Shown piece after piece: positions 8,421 to 19,800 of a stretch of DNA of 64,000 nucleotides. Below the pieces are notes generated by a model, which made no database searches, was not told where the DNA came from, and saw only the letters and a list, made by a program, of their open reading frames with translations. The DNA is taken from positions 73,033 through 137,032 of the forward strand of contig JANOQI010000036.1 of the NCBI GenBank assembly GCA_031414775.1. Direction: 5' to 3'. Origin of the DNA: Synechococcales cyanobacterium VAR_4_metabat_354 (GTDB lineage Bacteria > Cyanobacteriota > Cyanobacteriia > Cyanobacteriales > Chamaesiphonaceae). Numbering within the stretch: the first letter of the stretch is position 1; each line of letters opens with the position of its first letter. A program made the position numbers and the translations under genes.

Positions 8421-11400
8421 ATGTCTAACATTCCTTCTTTAGCTTCCAGAAAAAAAACTCACTCCCCCAAAAGGAGCAAGCAACATTTTAATTCTTTAAC
8501 TAGATCGATCGCTATTTTGGGTTTAATTGCAGTTAGCAATTCTCTGGGATTATCTCCAGTACTCGCAGCTCCCACGGCTCCTAATGTTTCGATTAATAAC
8601 CAAGCTACAGGTACTTTTACCGATGGTGACGAGCCTGGTGCACCTCAAGAATCAGTTGTCTCAAACGTTGTTACTGTTACTGTTGCCGAGGTTGCCGGGA
8701 TTACCATTACCGCTGACAATACCCCCGAGCCTTATCCCAATGCACTGATTAACTTTGACTTTGAGATTAAAAACATTGGTAACGATCCGACCAAGTTCTT
8801 TTTACCAACTGCTCCTTCTAGTGTGGCGGGTGGTACCGCAGGTACTTTACAGATTGTTGCTTATGTAGATGCTAATAGTACTAAAACGCCTTTAACCACT
8901 CCGATTAATATCACGACCGCTAATGATACTGGAGCGATCGGCGATGGCACTTTAGGTGGTAATACTATTGCTGGATCGATTCCAGCTGGTGCAGCGATTA
9001 TTGTCCGGGTGCCAGTAACTGTCACAGCGGCGGTTAATGCTAATGTTAGCGTGACTCTCGGTAATACTACTGGTTCACCGAATGCCAGTAATACGCCTTA
9101 TATTGCTAACACCAATGATATTTATACAGTGGATAATGCTGATGCCGTTGCTGGAGAAGCAGCTGGTGTGCCAATTAATGGTGATGGTACAACAGGTGAT
9201 GGTGATGTTACTAAACATCGTCAAGAAGCCAGTGCGATTAGTACTGTTCTGGTTCAAAATCCACCTCTTAAAATTTCTGGGACTGTTTTTGAAGATGTTA
9301 ACTATGGGGGTGGTGCCGGGCGAGATTTGGTCAGTTCAGCTGGTGTTGCGAGACCGAATGTTCAAGTAGAAATTTATAACGCAAGTGGTGTTCTTAAGGG
9401 GCAAATGCTGACGGATACGAATGGTCAGTATGTATTTGATGCATCAAATGTTACAGGTGGATTAACACAAGGCAATACCTATCAAATCCGAGTGGTTAAT
9501 AGTTTTGTGACTTCTAGTAGACCTGGTGGTTGTGCTCAGGCAGCTGCCATTAATCTACCGCCAGATACTTGTTTTCAGGTTCCTGTCCAAACTTTCCGCA
9601 CGAGTGGAGATACGGATAGCAATAATATTGCGGATGCTGACCAAAATCGAGTGGGTGGTGAGGTACCAGCGAGAAAAGATGCTCCAGCAAATAGTGGTAC
9701 TCAAAATTTAAGTGCTCTAAATAGTGCTGCGGGACAAGCCGTAGAGTCACTAACAACAGTAGCTCTAGGGTCTTTACCATTTACTGGGGTGGATTTTGGG
9801 TTTAACTTTGATACGATCGTCAATACTAACAATATTGGTCAAGGTTCATTGCGTCAATTCATCACCAATAGTAACGCCCTGACAAATAGTGGATTAGATC
9901 AAGTTGTCAACCCTAACCCCGCAACAGGTACAACCGCTATCGATTCCGCACCAGGGATCGAAACATCAATTTTTATGATTCCTAGCACCGCACTGACAGC
10001 CGGATCTGCAAATATCTCCCTGAGTAGCAAACTGACTGTCACTGACGATGATACTGCCATTGATGGACGCACCCAAACCGCTAATATTGGTGATACAAAC
10101 ACAGGTACCGTCGGCGGTTCAGGTCAAGCAGTCGGGATTTCCGCCCAAGTACTGCCCAACTATCCCAAACCAGAAGTCTCCCTCTCGATGACCAGTTCTG
10201 TGCTGGATGCGATCGAGATTCAGGGCAATGGTGACTCTGTTAGAGGCTTGAACTTCAGTACCAACATTCACAGTGGAATTATCGTGAGCGGGGGGTCAGC
10301 AGCCAAACCAACCCTGATTCAGAACAATATCATAGGGTTGAAGCCCGACGGGACAGCGGGTAGCGTCTGGCAAGGTATTACCGCAAATAATGGGATCGCT
10401 CCGACTAAATACCTGAATACACTGGATAATCTGATCTCTAATAACAGCTTTGCTGGTGCCAGTATTAGCTCTCCAGGACTGATTCAGGGCAATCACTTTT
10501 TCCGTAATGGCACGGGATCTTGTGATGATAATTTAAGCGTCGAACAGTCGAACCTCAACACCATTACGATTAATAAAAACCTATTTGAAGAATCCGCCGC
10601 CAATGGCATTGAGGGCTATGGTATCCCTGGTGGGGTGACAATTACCGAAAATACCGTGCGTACTGCTGGACGGAATGGCACACTTTGTGATGGATCGATC
10701 GAAAATGATGGCATTCGCTTATTTGGTTCATCAAGCAAGATTACCAAGAATATTATCAACAGCAATGGTGGAGCTGGTGTTGTCATCACTGGATCTGGCG
10801 GGACAAAAAATCTCATTTCCCAAAATAGTTTCTACTTAAACGGGGGTCTGGGCATTGATATCGATGCCAAAAATCTCCCCGCCAGTCTCAATCCCACTGG
10901 TGATGGCGTAAGTCCAAACGATGGAACTAAGAATACTACGCCGAATAATGATATGGATTACCCGATTATCACCTCTTCGGCTCTAAGTAGTGGCATACTA
11001 ACTATCAAAGGATATGTCGGCAACGTAGCTACAGGCAGTCCGACCTTTGCCGGTGCCACGATCGAGTTCTTTGTGGGTGCCGCTGATACCAATGACAAAG
11101 GTAAAGTCTTTAGTACCGATCCAGTTACTGTTTCTAAACTCCATGCCGAAGGCCAAACGTATATTGGCGGTAGTACCCCTGGCAATTTGTGCATAACTGA
11201 TGCTAATGGCTTATTTAACTGTTCTTTCCCCAATGCAAGTGCCATTGATGCTAAAAACATTACCGCCACTGCTACCGATACAGCGGGCAACACCTCTGAA
11301 TTTAGTGTTTCCAACATTGATCCGCGCGTTCTTTTAGTTAAACGAATTACGGCCATTAATGGCAGTACTAACACTCTTAATGGAGACAATCTTGCTAACT

Positions 11401-11960
11401 ATCTGCAAGATGATACTAACCCCTATGATGACAACACCATCGAAACTTCCTTAGCACCTTCCACGAATTTTCCAGCTGCCGACACCACGTTTTGGCCAGA
11501 AACTACTGGCAAAACTAGTAGCGATTTCTTACTGGGTGGTATGAATGGCGGCAACATCAAACCCAAAGATGTCATCGAGTACACCATCTACTTCCTCTCT
11601 AATGGTGATTCTACCGCCACTAATGTGCTGTTCTGCGATCGGGTACCTGCTAACGTTACCTTTATGCCTACCGCCTTTGATTCTTCTACGACTAAAGCCC
11701 CTGGTGGGGTGACCGAAAGTAGGGGTATCCTCACCCAACTCAATGGCATCACCGCATCTTATACTAACGTAGCCGATGGCGATGCGGCTCGCTACTTCCC
11801 AGCTGGCAACGATCCTAAACTGGTTTACCCGAAAGTGAACTGCGGTGGCACCAACGACAATGGGGCGGTCGTTGTCGATTTAGGTAGCTTACCCAATGCG
11901 ACAGCTGTCGGCACTCCTGGCTCCTATGGATTTGTTCGTTTCCAAGGGCGAGTAAAGTAA
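8421..11960 (+). CDS. Large secreted protein: N-terminal NQA strand element, Ig-like and SdrD-B-like domains, right-handed beta-helix, shared C-terminal incomplete DUF11-like domain
   Basis: Signal peptide ending PVLA; SINNQATGTF..SNVVTVTV; ISGTVFEDVNYGGGAGR; GQGSLRQFITNSN; IxxNxI repeats; VLLVKRITAING..YGFVRFQGRVK. Confidence 0.85.
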   Translation: MSNIPSLASRKKTHSPKRSKQHFNSLTRSIAILGLIAVSNSLGLSPVLAAPTAPNVSINNQATGTFTDGDEPGAPQESVVSNVVTVTVAEVAGITITADNTPEPYPNALINFDFEIKNIGNDPTKFFLPTAPSSVAGGTAGTLQIVAYVDANSTKTPLTTPINITTANDTGAIGDGTLGGNTIAGSIPAGAAIIVRVPVTVTAAVNANVSVTLGNTTGSPNASNTPYIANTNDIYTVDNADAVAGEAAGVPINGDGTTGDGDVTKHRQEASAISTVLVQNPPLKISGTVFEDVNYGGGAGRDLVSSAGVARPNVQVEIYNASGVLKGQMLTDTNGQYVFDASNVTGGLTQGNTYQIRVVNSFVTSSRPGGCAQAAAINLPPDTCFQVPVQTFRTSGDTDSNNIADADQNRVGGEVPARKDAPANSGTQNLSALNSAAGQAVESLTTVALGSLPFTGVDFGFNFDTIVNTNNIGQGSLRQFITNSNALTNSGLDQVVNPNPATGTTAIDSAPGIETSIFMIPSTALTAGSANISLSSKLTVTDDDTAIDGRTQTANIGDTNTGTVGGSGQAVGISAQVLPNYPKPEVSLSMTSSVLDAIEIQGNGDSVRGLNFSTNIHSGIIVSGGSAAKPTLIQNNIIGLKPDGTAGSVWQGITANNGIAPTKYLNTLDNLISNNSFAGASISSPGLIQGNHFFRNGTGSCDDNLSVEQSNLNTITINKNLFEESAANGIEGYGIPGGVTITENTVRTAGRNGTLCDGSIENDGIRLFGSSSKITKNIINSNGGAGVVITGSGGTKNLISQNSFYLNGGLGIDIDAKNLPASLNPTGDGVSPNDGTKNTTPNNDMDYPIITSSALSSGILTIKGYVGNVATGSPTFAGATIEFFVGAADTNDKGKVFSTDPVTVSKLHAEGQTYIGGSTPGNLCITDANGLFNCSFPNASAIDAKNITATATDTAGNTSEFSVSNIDPRVLLVKRITAINGSTNTLNGDNLANYLQDDTNPYDDNTIETSLAPSTNFPAADTTFWPETTGKTSSDFLLGGMNGGNIKPKDVIEYTIYFLSNGDSTATNVLFCDRVPANVTFMPTAFDSSTTKAPGGVTESRGILTQLNGITASYTNVADGDAARYFPAGNDPKLVYPKVNCGGTNDNGAVVVDLGSLPNATAVGTPGSYGFVRFQGRVK

Positions 11961-11981
11961 CTTCTAATTATTTTTTTATTC

Positions 11982-12015
11982 AAGGTATTAACTAGCTATA
12001 GTTAATACCTTTTTT
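11982..12015 (+). terminator. Intrinsic terminator / stabilising hairpin
   Basis: Perfect 13-bp stem AAGGTATTAACTA-GCTA-TAGTTAATACCTT plus T run. Confidence 0.75.
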
Positions 12016-12132
12016 ACTTTTAGCGTAGTAAGAAATTTATGAAAAATGGGCAAAATAAAGATACTTATACCAAAAAAATATTAAGAAGTCTTGCGAATTA
12101 ATACTTGATTTTTTGGGAATCGCTGCCAACCG

Positions 12133-14733
12133 ATGAACATCCAGACCGTTAGCCAAAAAATATGCATATTACTTAGTATCACTATGGCCACTTGCTGCTT
12201 ATGGAGTAGCCAACCGGCACAGGCGGAAGGAAGTAAAGAACTAACCAGCAGCGGTGGTAGACGAGCGTATCTGAGCTATCTGACAGCAGGAACCTATGGG
12301 GGTGTATTAGAGCGGACAACAATTTATGTCTATGCCGACACTGGAGAAACAATTAATTTAGGTTCTAGTGCCCATGGCGTGAATAATGGAAGAATTCAAT
12401 ATACCAAACCAAGTGGATCGATCGGAACTTGTGATACTAGTACAAACAGTGGTCAGATAGTCGATCGTACCCAAGAGCTAAACGGTCCATTTCCTCTAGC
12501 TGGTGGCTATACACCCTGTACGGTAAATGTTGGGGTCGGCGAAGCTGGTATCTGGACAATCGATTTTGTTAGTCCTTACCCTGATGATGTTTATGTTAAC
12601 CCAGTTGCAATTAGTGCTGCCGGAAACTGGCCGCCCCAAGATTTCTATGACTGGTTTGTAACGGCTTGGGATGTTACTGTTACCCAAGGTGCTGGAAAAC
12701 TGGTGCAGCCCGGACGGGCTTATACCAATTACTTGGCGGGAAATATTGGAGCCTATCTGGCTGATTCTTTGAGTAGTGTTTTTTATGTAGTGACTCGCGA
12801 TGGTTATCACTACCGGGTAGATGCCAATGGTCTTGACCCGTTTCGATTTATCTTCTTTTCTGACAATCGAGGTGTTTATAACACCACGACAGGCAAACCT
12901 ACGTATCGATCTTTCGATCTTAATGCTCTATCTAGTGATACTTTTCGCGATCCCAATGCAGCAGAAACTCCTACTTCATATACGAACAAACTATTTTTTA
13001 ATCCGATCGATCCTGCCCTGCCCAGTTTGGCGGCTTCGGCAGCGGGGGGCACTTGGCTAAATCCTTCTTTAGCACCGCCCCCGCCCCCAACTACGCTAAG
13101 TATCAATGGGGTGGAGGGTACACCCAATCAAATTGGCCAAGGTTTAGGGGGTTCTTTTAATTTTACCAACCCAGATAGTATTAACAGACCATATCAAATT
13201 ACTTTAGACTTGAATGCTAATAATATTTTTGGAGATGGTAATGATCGCGTGCTACAAGGCACAGCTAATCCAGGCACTAATTCTATTTTTTGGGATGGAA
13301 AAGATGGAAGCAACATAGTCATAAAGTCCCAAACGATTACCTTTAAAGCAGTGATTGCGACGTTGGGTGGTGAAGTGCATTTTCCGCTCATTGATGCCGA
13401 AGGAAATTCTAATGGTTTGATTTTTAAACGTTTGAATGGCCCCACCAATGGATCTTTTGCGACCCCTTCTTTCAATGCCGATCGAATTTATTATAATGAT
13501 TTTCAAATGAAAGGAAACGGCGGGGTGGGCGGTTCGACAGCTATTCCCCCAGTGCCTACTAATGCCAGCGCGGGTGTGAATAGTGTCGCTGGTGCCCACC
13601 GCTGGGGTGCCGATGATGCTTATGGGTTTGGGAATGCTGCCATCATTGATACCTGGGCTTATGCGCCTGAATTCTCCACCACTGTGCTCAATATTGTAGT
13701 TAAAGGTGCAGATTTACAAATTACTAAAAATTTAACTGGATCACTGCGGAAAGGACAGACTACTACTTACACTCTTGATGTGACTAATGCCAAAAATCCG
13801 GAGGTCGGTAGTACCAATGATGTAGTAGGGGCAAAAGTTCAAGATATCTTGTTACCGATTTTCACTAATCCTCAAGTTGTTTCCTGCCAAATAATTAGCG
13901 GTGCAGGTAATTGTGGCATCTATGGCTTCACTGGCAATACTTTCAATGCTAAGGCGGATCTGAATAGTGGTGCTAAACTACGCTTTGAAATTCAAGCTAC
14001 TTTGTCTACTGCTGCCGCTGGTACGATTACCAACAGTGCTACTGTGAATAGACCCAAAGATATTGGTGACCCTGTTGATCAAGATGGTCTGGGTGGCACT
14101 ACGAATTTGAGTGAAACTGCCACGGTCAGTAATAGTATTGCTGCTACCTCTGGTAATGCTCAAGTTCTTTTGGTGAAACGCATCACAGCTATAAATGGTA
14201 ATCGCACCGAAAATTCTAATGATAGTACCAAGTTAGATAGTGTTGTTCATGATTTGACTAATGCTAATGATATTCATCCCCATTGGCCAAGTAGCAATTA
14301 CCTGCTGGGGGCGATTAATGGTGGCAAAGTGAAATCTGGTGATACGATCGAATACACCATTTATTTCTTAAATAGCGGCAAGCTCGATGCTCGCGGCGTA
14401 CGAATTTGCGATCTAATTACGGCTCACCAATCATTCCAAACCGCCGCCTACGGCACGAACAAAGATTTACAAGCACAGATTGGATTAGCTCCAGTTGTAG
14501 ATTTGACTGCAAACAATGATTCGATCGATCGAACTCAAGTTTATGGAGCAAATACTGCTGTCCCCGCCGCTTGTAAGCTCAAAGCCGCCAATACCAATGG
14601 TACTGTCGATATTCCGATTACTGGTCTGGCTGGTAGTGGTTTACCCAATTTAGCTGTGGTACCGGGATCGATCGCGGCCGGCTCTCCGAGTAATTCTTAC
14701 GGTTTGGTGAGGTTTACTAACCGTGTTCCCTAA
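12133..14733 (+). CDS. Secreted protein: AEGSKEL-type N-domain, FlgD-Ig-like segment, complete DUF11, shared C-terminal domain
   Basis: Signal peptide ending PAQA; GTNSIFWDGKD; ADLQITK..YTLDVTN..ITNSATV; VLLVKRITAING..YGLVRFTNRVP. Confidence 0.85.
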   Translation: MNIQTVSQKICILLSITMATCCLWSSQPAQAEGSKELTSSGGRRAYLSYLTAGTYGGVLERTTIYVYADTGETINLGSSAHGVNNGRIQYTKPSGSIGTCDTSTNSGQIVDRTQELNGPFPLAGGYTPCTVNVGVGEAGIWTIDFVSPYPDDVYVNPVAISAAGNWPPQDFYDWFVTAWDVTVTQGAGKLVQPGRAYTNYLAGNIGAYLADSLSSVFYVVTRDGYHYRVDANGLDPFRFIFFSDNRGVYNTTTGKPTYRSFDLNALSSDTFRDPNAAETPTSYTNKLFFNPIDPALPSLAASAAGGTWLNPSLAPPPPPTTLSINGVEGTPNQIGQGLGGSFNFTNPDSINRPYQITLDLNANNIFGDGNDRVLQGTANPGTNSIFWDGKDGSNIVIKSQTITFKAVIATLGGEVHFPLIDAEGNSNGLIFKRLNGPTNGSFATPSFNADRIYYNDFQMKGNGGVGGSTAIPPVPTNASAGVNSVAGAHRWGADDAYGFGNAAIIDTWAYAPEFSTTVLNIVVKGADLQITKNLTGSLRKGQTTTYTLDVTNAKNPEVGSTNDVVGAKVQDILLPIFTNPQVVSCQIISGAGNCGIYGFTGNTFNAKADLNSGAKLRFEIQATLSTAAAGTITNSATVNRPKDIGDPVDQDGLGGTTNLSETATVSNSIAATSGNAQVLLVKRITAINGNRTENSNDSTKLDSVVHDLTNANDIHPHWPSSNYLLGAINGGKVKSGDTIEYTIYFLNSGKLDARGVRICDLITAHQSFQTAAYGTNKDLQAQIGLAPVVDLTANNDSIDRTQVYGANTAVPAACKLKAANTNGTVDIPITGLAGSGLPNLAVVPGSIAAGSPSNSYGLVRFTNRVP

Positions 14734-16768
14734 TAGTCTTAAGCACACCAAGATAACTATCCACCGTTACTGCTGCGCAGTTGCCCTAGGAATTATTGGC
14801 CATCATTTATTCCGGTTACCTCCAGTGTCAGCACAAGTAGTTCCTCCTGGTACGGCTATTACCAACCAAGCTACTGGCAGTTTTATAGATTCCGCCGATG
14901 ATAGGCTCAGAGATTTGGAATCGAATGTTGTGAGTGTAACGATGGCGGAAGTCGCTGGCATTACGATCAGTGATCCGACTATTTCTGAACCTCTAGCCAG
15001 CTTAATTGGTATTAGTGCTACTCCTTTACAGGGAATTAGTGGTGTTAATCAAAATGATATTCTCTATTTCGATTTTATCATCACCAATACTGGCAATGAT
15101 CCAACTCAGTTTTTTATTCCTGGTCAACCTTTTCGGGTGACCAATGGTGTATTCGATCGTACTCAATATGACGTAGTCCAAATTATTGAAGTCAAAGATG
15201 GTATTGGGGCGATTGTGCCTTTACCAAACAGCGTGAGTAAGATTGAAATTCCAGCTACTGGTGCCAATACTGGTGATCTTGGTATTTTAAACATTCTTGG
15301 TGGCGCAATTCCAGCTAATGGTAGTGTAAAAGTGCGTGTTCCGATCAAGGTGACTGGGAATAGTGGTGACCAGATCAGAGTTGCACTTGGTGATACGGGG
15401 CTTAATGATAATAGTGTAAATACAGTCAGCCAAACCTATACTGCCTCTGATACTCTTGGTGTTGATGTTCATACTAAAGATAATATGAACAATAGTGTTC
15501 CCCTCAATAGCGTGGTAGCTGGTGAAGTCGATGGTTCACCGGCTGGTGGCGAGAAAGAAGCTTCTCGTTATGGTGAAATCTTGATTGTTGCTCCGCCCCA
15601 AATTCGAGGGTTTAAGTCAGCTAAACTAGTGATCGATCGGAATAATGATACTAAGATTAATCCAGGCGAGACAGTAGTTTGGACGATCGATTATGCGAAC
15701 ACTGGTAATGTCGATATTCCTGGTTTTCAAATCACTGATACTTTGCCCATCGGGGTGAACAAGCCTGATGTTGTTACAATATTAATCGCTGGCAATCAAA
15801 CAATTACTCCACTAGTCAACAGTGATTATGTTGGTAATACCACAAATACTGGTACCACCGACAATTTATTGAAAGATCCAATTATACTTAAAGCGGGTGG
15901 GTTTATCAGAATTACAATTCCCGTGATTGTTAATAATGGTGTGGTCGGCAAGCTATTCAATCAGGCGATAGCTAAGGCTGATAATTTGGCTGACAGTGGT
16001 ATTCCTACTGATAATGTTAGTCGAACTAGCGATTTGCCAGCAGACTTGCAAACAAATATAGCAATTCCAAATAGTAGTGTGGAGCAGACAATTACAGGAT
16101 CGATCGATCCCACTAGTATTATAGTAATTAGCAATCCACAGGTCTTGCTGGTGAAGAGAATTACTGCTATTAACGGCTCTGCCATTACCCGCGATGGCAT
16201 CAATATAGCTAACTATGAAGATGATCCAGCTAATCCTTACGATGACAATGATCAGACTTCACTGACTACCACTTATCCACAATTAGCCACCGATAAATGG
16301 CCACTAACCATCAGTCATACCAGCAGCGAGTTTTTGATCGGGACAATTAATGGTGGCACAATCAAACCGAATGATTCGATCGAATATACCATTTATTTCT
16401 TATCTACTGGTGATAGTCCAGCTAATAATGTATTATTGTGCGATCGAGTTCCTAGTAATGTCGCCTTTATTCCTACCACTTTTAATAGCTATGTAGCTCA
16501 ATCTACTAATAGTGTGAACGATAGCCGAGGTGTCCTCGCTCTCATTAACGGCACAACGGCATCTTATACCAATGTTGCTGATGGTGATGCTGTGCGTTAT
16601 TTCCCACCAGGAGACGATCCAACTAAAGTTTATCCCAAGATTAGCTGTGGCGGGATAAATGATAATGGGGCAGTTGTCGTTAATTTGGGTAGTGTGCCCA
16701 ATGCAACGGCTCCAGCTACCCCAGTGGGTTCTTATGGATTTGTACGCTTCCAGGGTCTGGTTAAATAA
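14723..16768 (+). CDS. Secreted DUF11 protein with N-terminal NQA strand element and shared C-terminal domain (candidate shaft/linker subunit)
   Basis: Signal peptide ending PVSA; GTAITNQATGSF..SNVVSVTM; GFKSAK..WTIDYANTG..ITDTLP..LFNQA; VLLVKRITAING..YGFVRFQGLVK. Confidence 0.85.
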   Translation: MFPNSLKHTKITIHRYCCAVALGIIGHHLFRLPPVSAQVVPPGTAITNQATGSFIDSADDRLRDLESNVVSVTMAEVAGITISDPTISEPLASLIGISATPLQGISGVNQNDILYFDFIITNTGNDPTQFFIPGQPFRVTNGVFDRTQYDVVQIIEVKDGIGAIVPLPNSVSKIEIPATGANTGDLGILNILGGAIPANGSVKVRVPIKVTGNSGDQIRVALGDTGLNDNSVNTVSQTYTASDTLGVDVHTKDNMNNSVPLNSVVAGEVDGSPAGGEKEASRYGEILIVAPPQIRGFKSAKLVIDRNNDTKINPGETVVWTIDYANTGNVDIPGFQITDTLPIGVNKPDVVTILIAGNQTITPLVNSDYVGNTTNTGTTDNLLKDPIILKAGGFIRITIPVIVNNGVVGKLFNQAIAKADNLADSGIPTDNVSRTSDLPADLQTNIAIPNSSVEQTITGSIDPTSIIVISNPQVLLVKRITAINGSAITRDGINIANYEDDPANPYDDNDQTSLTTTYPQLATDKWPLTISHTSSEFLIGTINGGTIKPNDSIEYTIYFLSTGDSPANNVLLCDRVPSNVAFIPTTFNSYVAQSTNSVNDSRGVLALINGTTASYTNVADGDAVRYFPPGDDPTKVYPKISCGGINDNGAVVVNLGSVPNATAPATPVGSYGFVRFQGLVK

Positions 16769-16824
16769 CCCTAGTTAGTTCCCAATGTCAATTATCTGGT
16801 GGTCAATGGGCAACATAAGGAAAA

Positions 16825-19800
16825 ATGAAGTCTATGCCTCCGGTACCTCGATATCAACAAGATCAGTCCCACCCAGTTTCTGATAATTATCAGGCGAAAG
16901 AATGGCAAATAGCTAGCCAGATCACTAAATTAGCGATCGGACTCAGTGTGTTGGGCTATTCATTACCTGCGGTTGCAGGTAATTGTACTACTGGTGGCGG
17001 CACTGCCGACCTATCGACCATACCGTATATTAGTGCCGAAGTATCTAACAGCAGTACAGTCTCTCAAAATATTACAAACGCTCAAAACAACGCTGATATA
17101 TTAGATGACAAGTGGCGTACAGCCATATTACCGCAAACTTCTACATCCTGGGCTAGCACTAACACTGGCTCAATTTCAAACAACGTACTCAATCTATTTA
17201 CCATCAATGGGATCAGTGTTGACGTTGCACTAGTGAATGTGGACTCTAGCGGTAATTGTGCGGGTGCCGTAAATAGTGGTACTTCTTCTCCAGAACTCAA
17301 TAATGCACTCACATTGCAGGGCGGCGCTCCCCGTCCAAGTAGCTTGCCTAGTACTTTAGCTAGTTATTGGAATGAAAATACAGGCAGCACGAGTAATCGC
17401 AATGGTGTTCTTTTCACATTCTCTCAACCCGTTTCGGCTTTTGGTGCTTGGTTTGGCGACCTAGAAACCCGGTCTGGTGCTAACGGCACTCCAGCTATTT
17501 TGAGACTTCTCGATGCAACAGGAAATCGGATTGGTAGCGATATTTTGATCACACCAAGTGACATAAGTAACAATGGTGGCAGCTTTGTCGCTCTCGATCA
17601 AAGTACTTGTAGCAACATAGCAAACGGTTGTGGTAATAACTCTACTCGTTGGGTCGGGTTTGTTGATAGTACCGCCAGGGTCAAACAAGCATTGGTAATT
17701 GTTGGCGATCAAACCACCTCTGCATCTACTGGTGGTAATGGAGAACACCTCAGCTTTATTGGGGCCAATCTTGTATCGGCAAACATTGCTGGCACAGTGT
17801 TTGAAGATGTAAACTACGGTGGTGGTGCCGGTCGGCCTTTAAATACTACCGCAACTGCTCGTCGCCCAGGTGCCAGAGTAGAACTTTATGATGGATCTGG
17901 GGTATTTAAAGCATTTACAACTACAGACAGTAATGGTATTTACAAATTTGGCTACACTAATGTCACAGGTGGAATAGTTCCAGGCAACTATACAGTCCGT
18001 GTTGTTAACAACACCGTTACTTCTTCCCGTACCGGTTCAGCAAGCACCCTTCTCCCCGTACAGACTTTCCGCACTAACGGATTGACAACCGACAACATTG
18101 GTACAGCAGACCCCAATCGGGTGGGCGGCGAAACGCCAAAACTTGTCGATGCTGGTAATGGCTCGGCAACAGTATCTTCTTTAACAACAACGACAACAAC
18201 AGCCCAGAGTATTACACCAATAACAGTTGGAACAGCTGGCGCGGCTGGCATTGATTTTGGGTTCAACTTTGATACGATCGTTAATACTAATGATGCTGGC
18301 CAAGGTTCTTTGCGCCAGTTTATTACTAATAGCAATGCTCTCAAAGGGGAAGGGAGTCTTATCCAGGTTGGCCAACCGGCGGGTTATGAAACTAGCATTT
18401 TTATGATTCCTAATAGTGTTTCCAACCCCGGTCAAAACACCGGCTACACTAATCAACTAACTGGTGGTATCGCAGTCATCAATCTGTCATCAGGTCTGTC
18501 CATTACTGATCCTAAAACTAGACTCGATGGATCAACTCAAACCACTAATATCAAAGCTACTCCTGGCGGTGCAGAAACTAACCCTGGCCAAATTGGAACC
18601 GGTGGGACAGTAGGAACAAGCACCAGCCTAGCAAATTCTCTGGCCAAATTCGACCGTCCTGAGATCGAAATCAAGGGTAAATATACTTTGACAGCTACAG
18701 GTAGTTATAACGAAATCAAAAACATCGCGTTTAATGCTAGCAACATTTCGGTTTCTGGTTCTAATTCGTTAGTGCAAGACAACTTGGTAGGTATGAGCGC
18801 TAATGGCAGTGTCGATGCTATTACGGCGGGAGTTCCTAGCTATGGAATAACCGCAGGAGCCGCTAGTAATATTAATATCAAGCACAACTATGTGCGGGTC
18901 AATAATTCTGGCATTCGACGTGATAACAATGGCTCCAACCTGATCGTTGAGTACAACGAAGTGGATGTACCCAGTAGTGGACATGCGGCACCATATGACG
19001 GCATCTTGCTGATAAACACTGGATCTAACGACACTATTCGTTATAATTTGGTCAAAAATATGGGAGGTGCTGGCGCCGAAATAGGTTTTGGTAGTGGAAC
19101 GTTTACGAATACCCTAATTGATAATAATACTTTTAAGCATAATGGCTACATTGGCACAAATCCTTCTCGGGAAACAATGGGAGTTGTTGTTTATTCAGCT
19201 TTCAATTCTCAAATCTCCTTGAGCAACAATGTGATTACTGAAAGTAGTGGTTCTGGTGTTGTCGTATTAGGATCTACCGGTTTGAGTTTGACCAAGAATA
19301 GCATTTTTCAGAATGGTGCTATTGGTAATGGAGCTGGATTGTCGATCGATCTCGACCCCATTAATCGTGGTCCTAATACCTATGATACTGCTAATGGTGT
19401 TACACCCAATACTGGCACAGTATCTGCTAGCTTACCCAATGGCGGCATGAACTACCCCATTTTCACCAAGGTACAACGAGTTGGCAATACCCTAAAATTA
19501 GAAGGGTATATCGGTAACACCCCAGCTGGGAACTCGGCTTTTACTGGTGCCACGATCGAGATTTATAAAGCAGACAATGATAGCAACCAAAACGGCCAAG
19601 TAATTGCCGGAGACAATTTAAACAAACCCCATGGTGAAGGTCGTTACTGGATTGGCAACCTAACAGCGGGGACTAATGGCTTATTTAACTTCAGCCTGCC
19701 CATTCCGGCTAGTTTGACAGATGGTCTAACTACCACCACCTTAGGTGCTACTGATGAAATTACAGCGATCGCAACTAGTAGCGCCACTGCTTCGATCGCG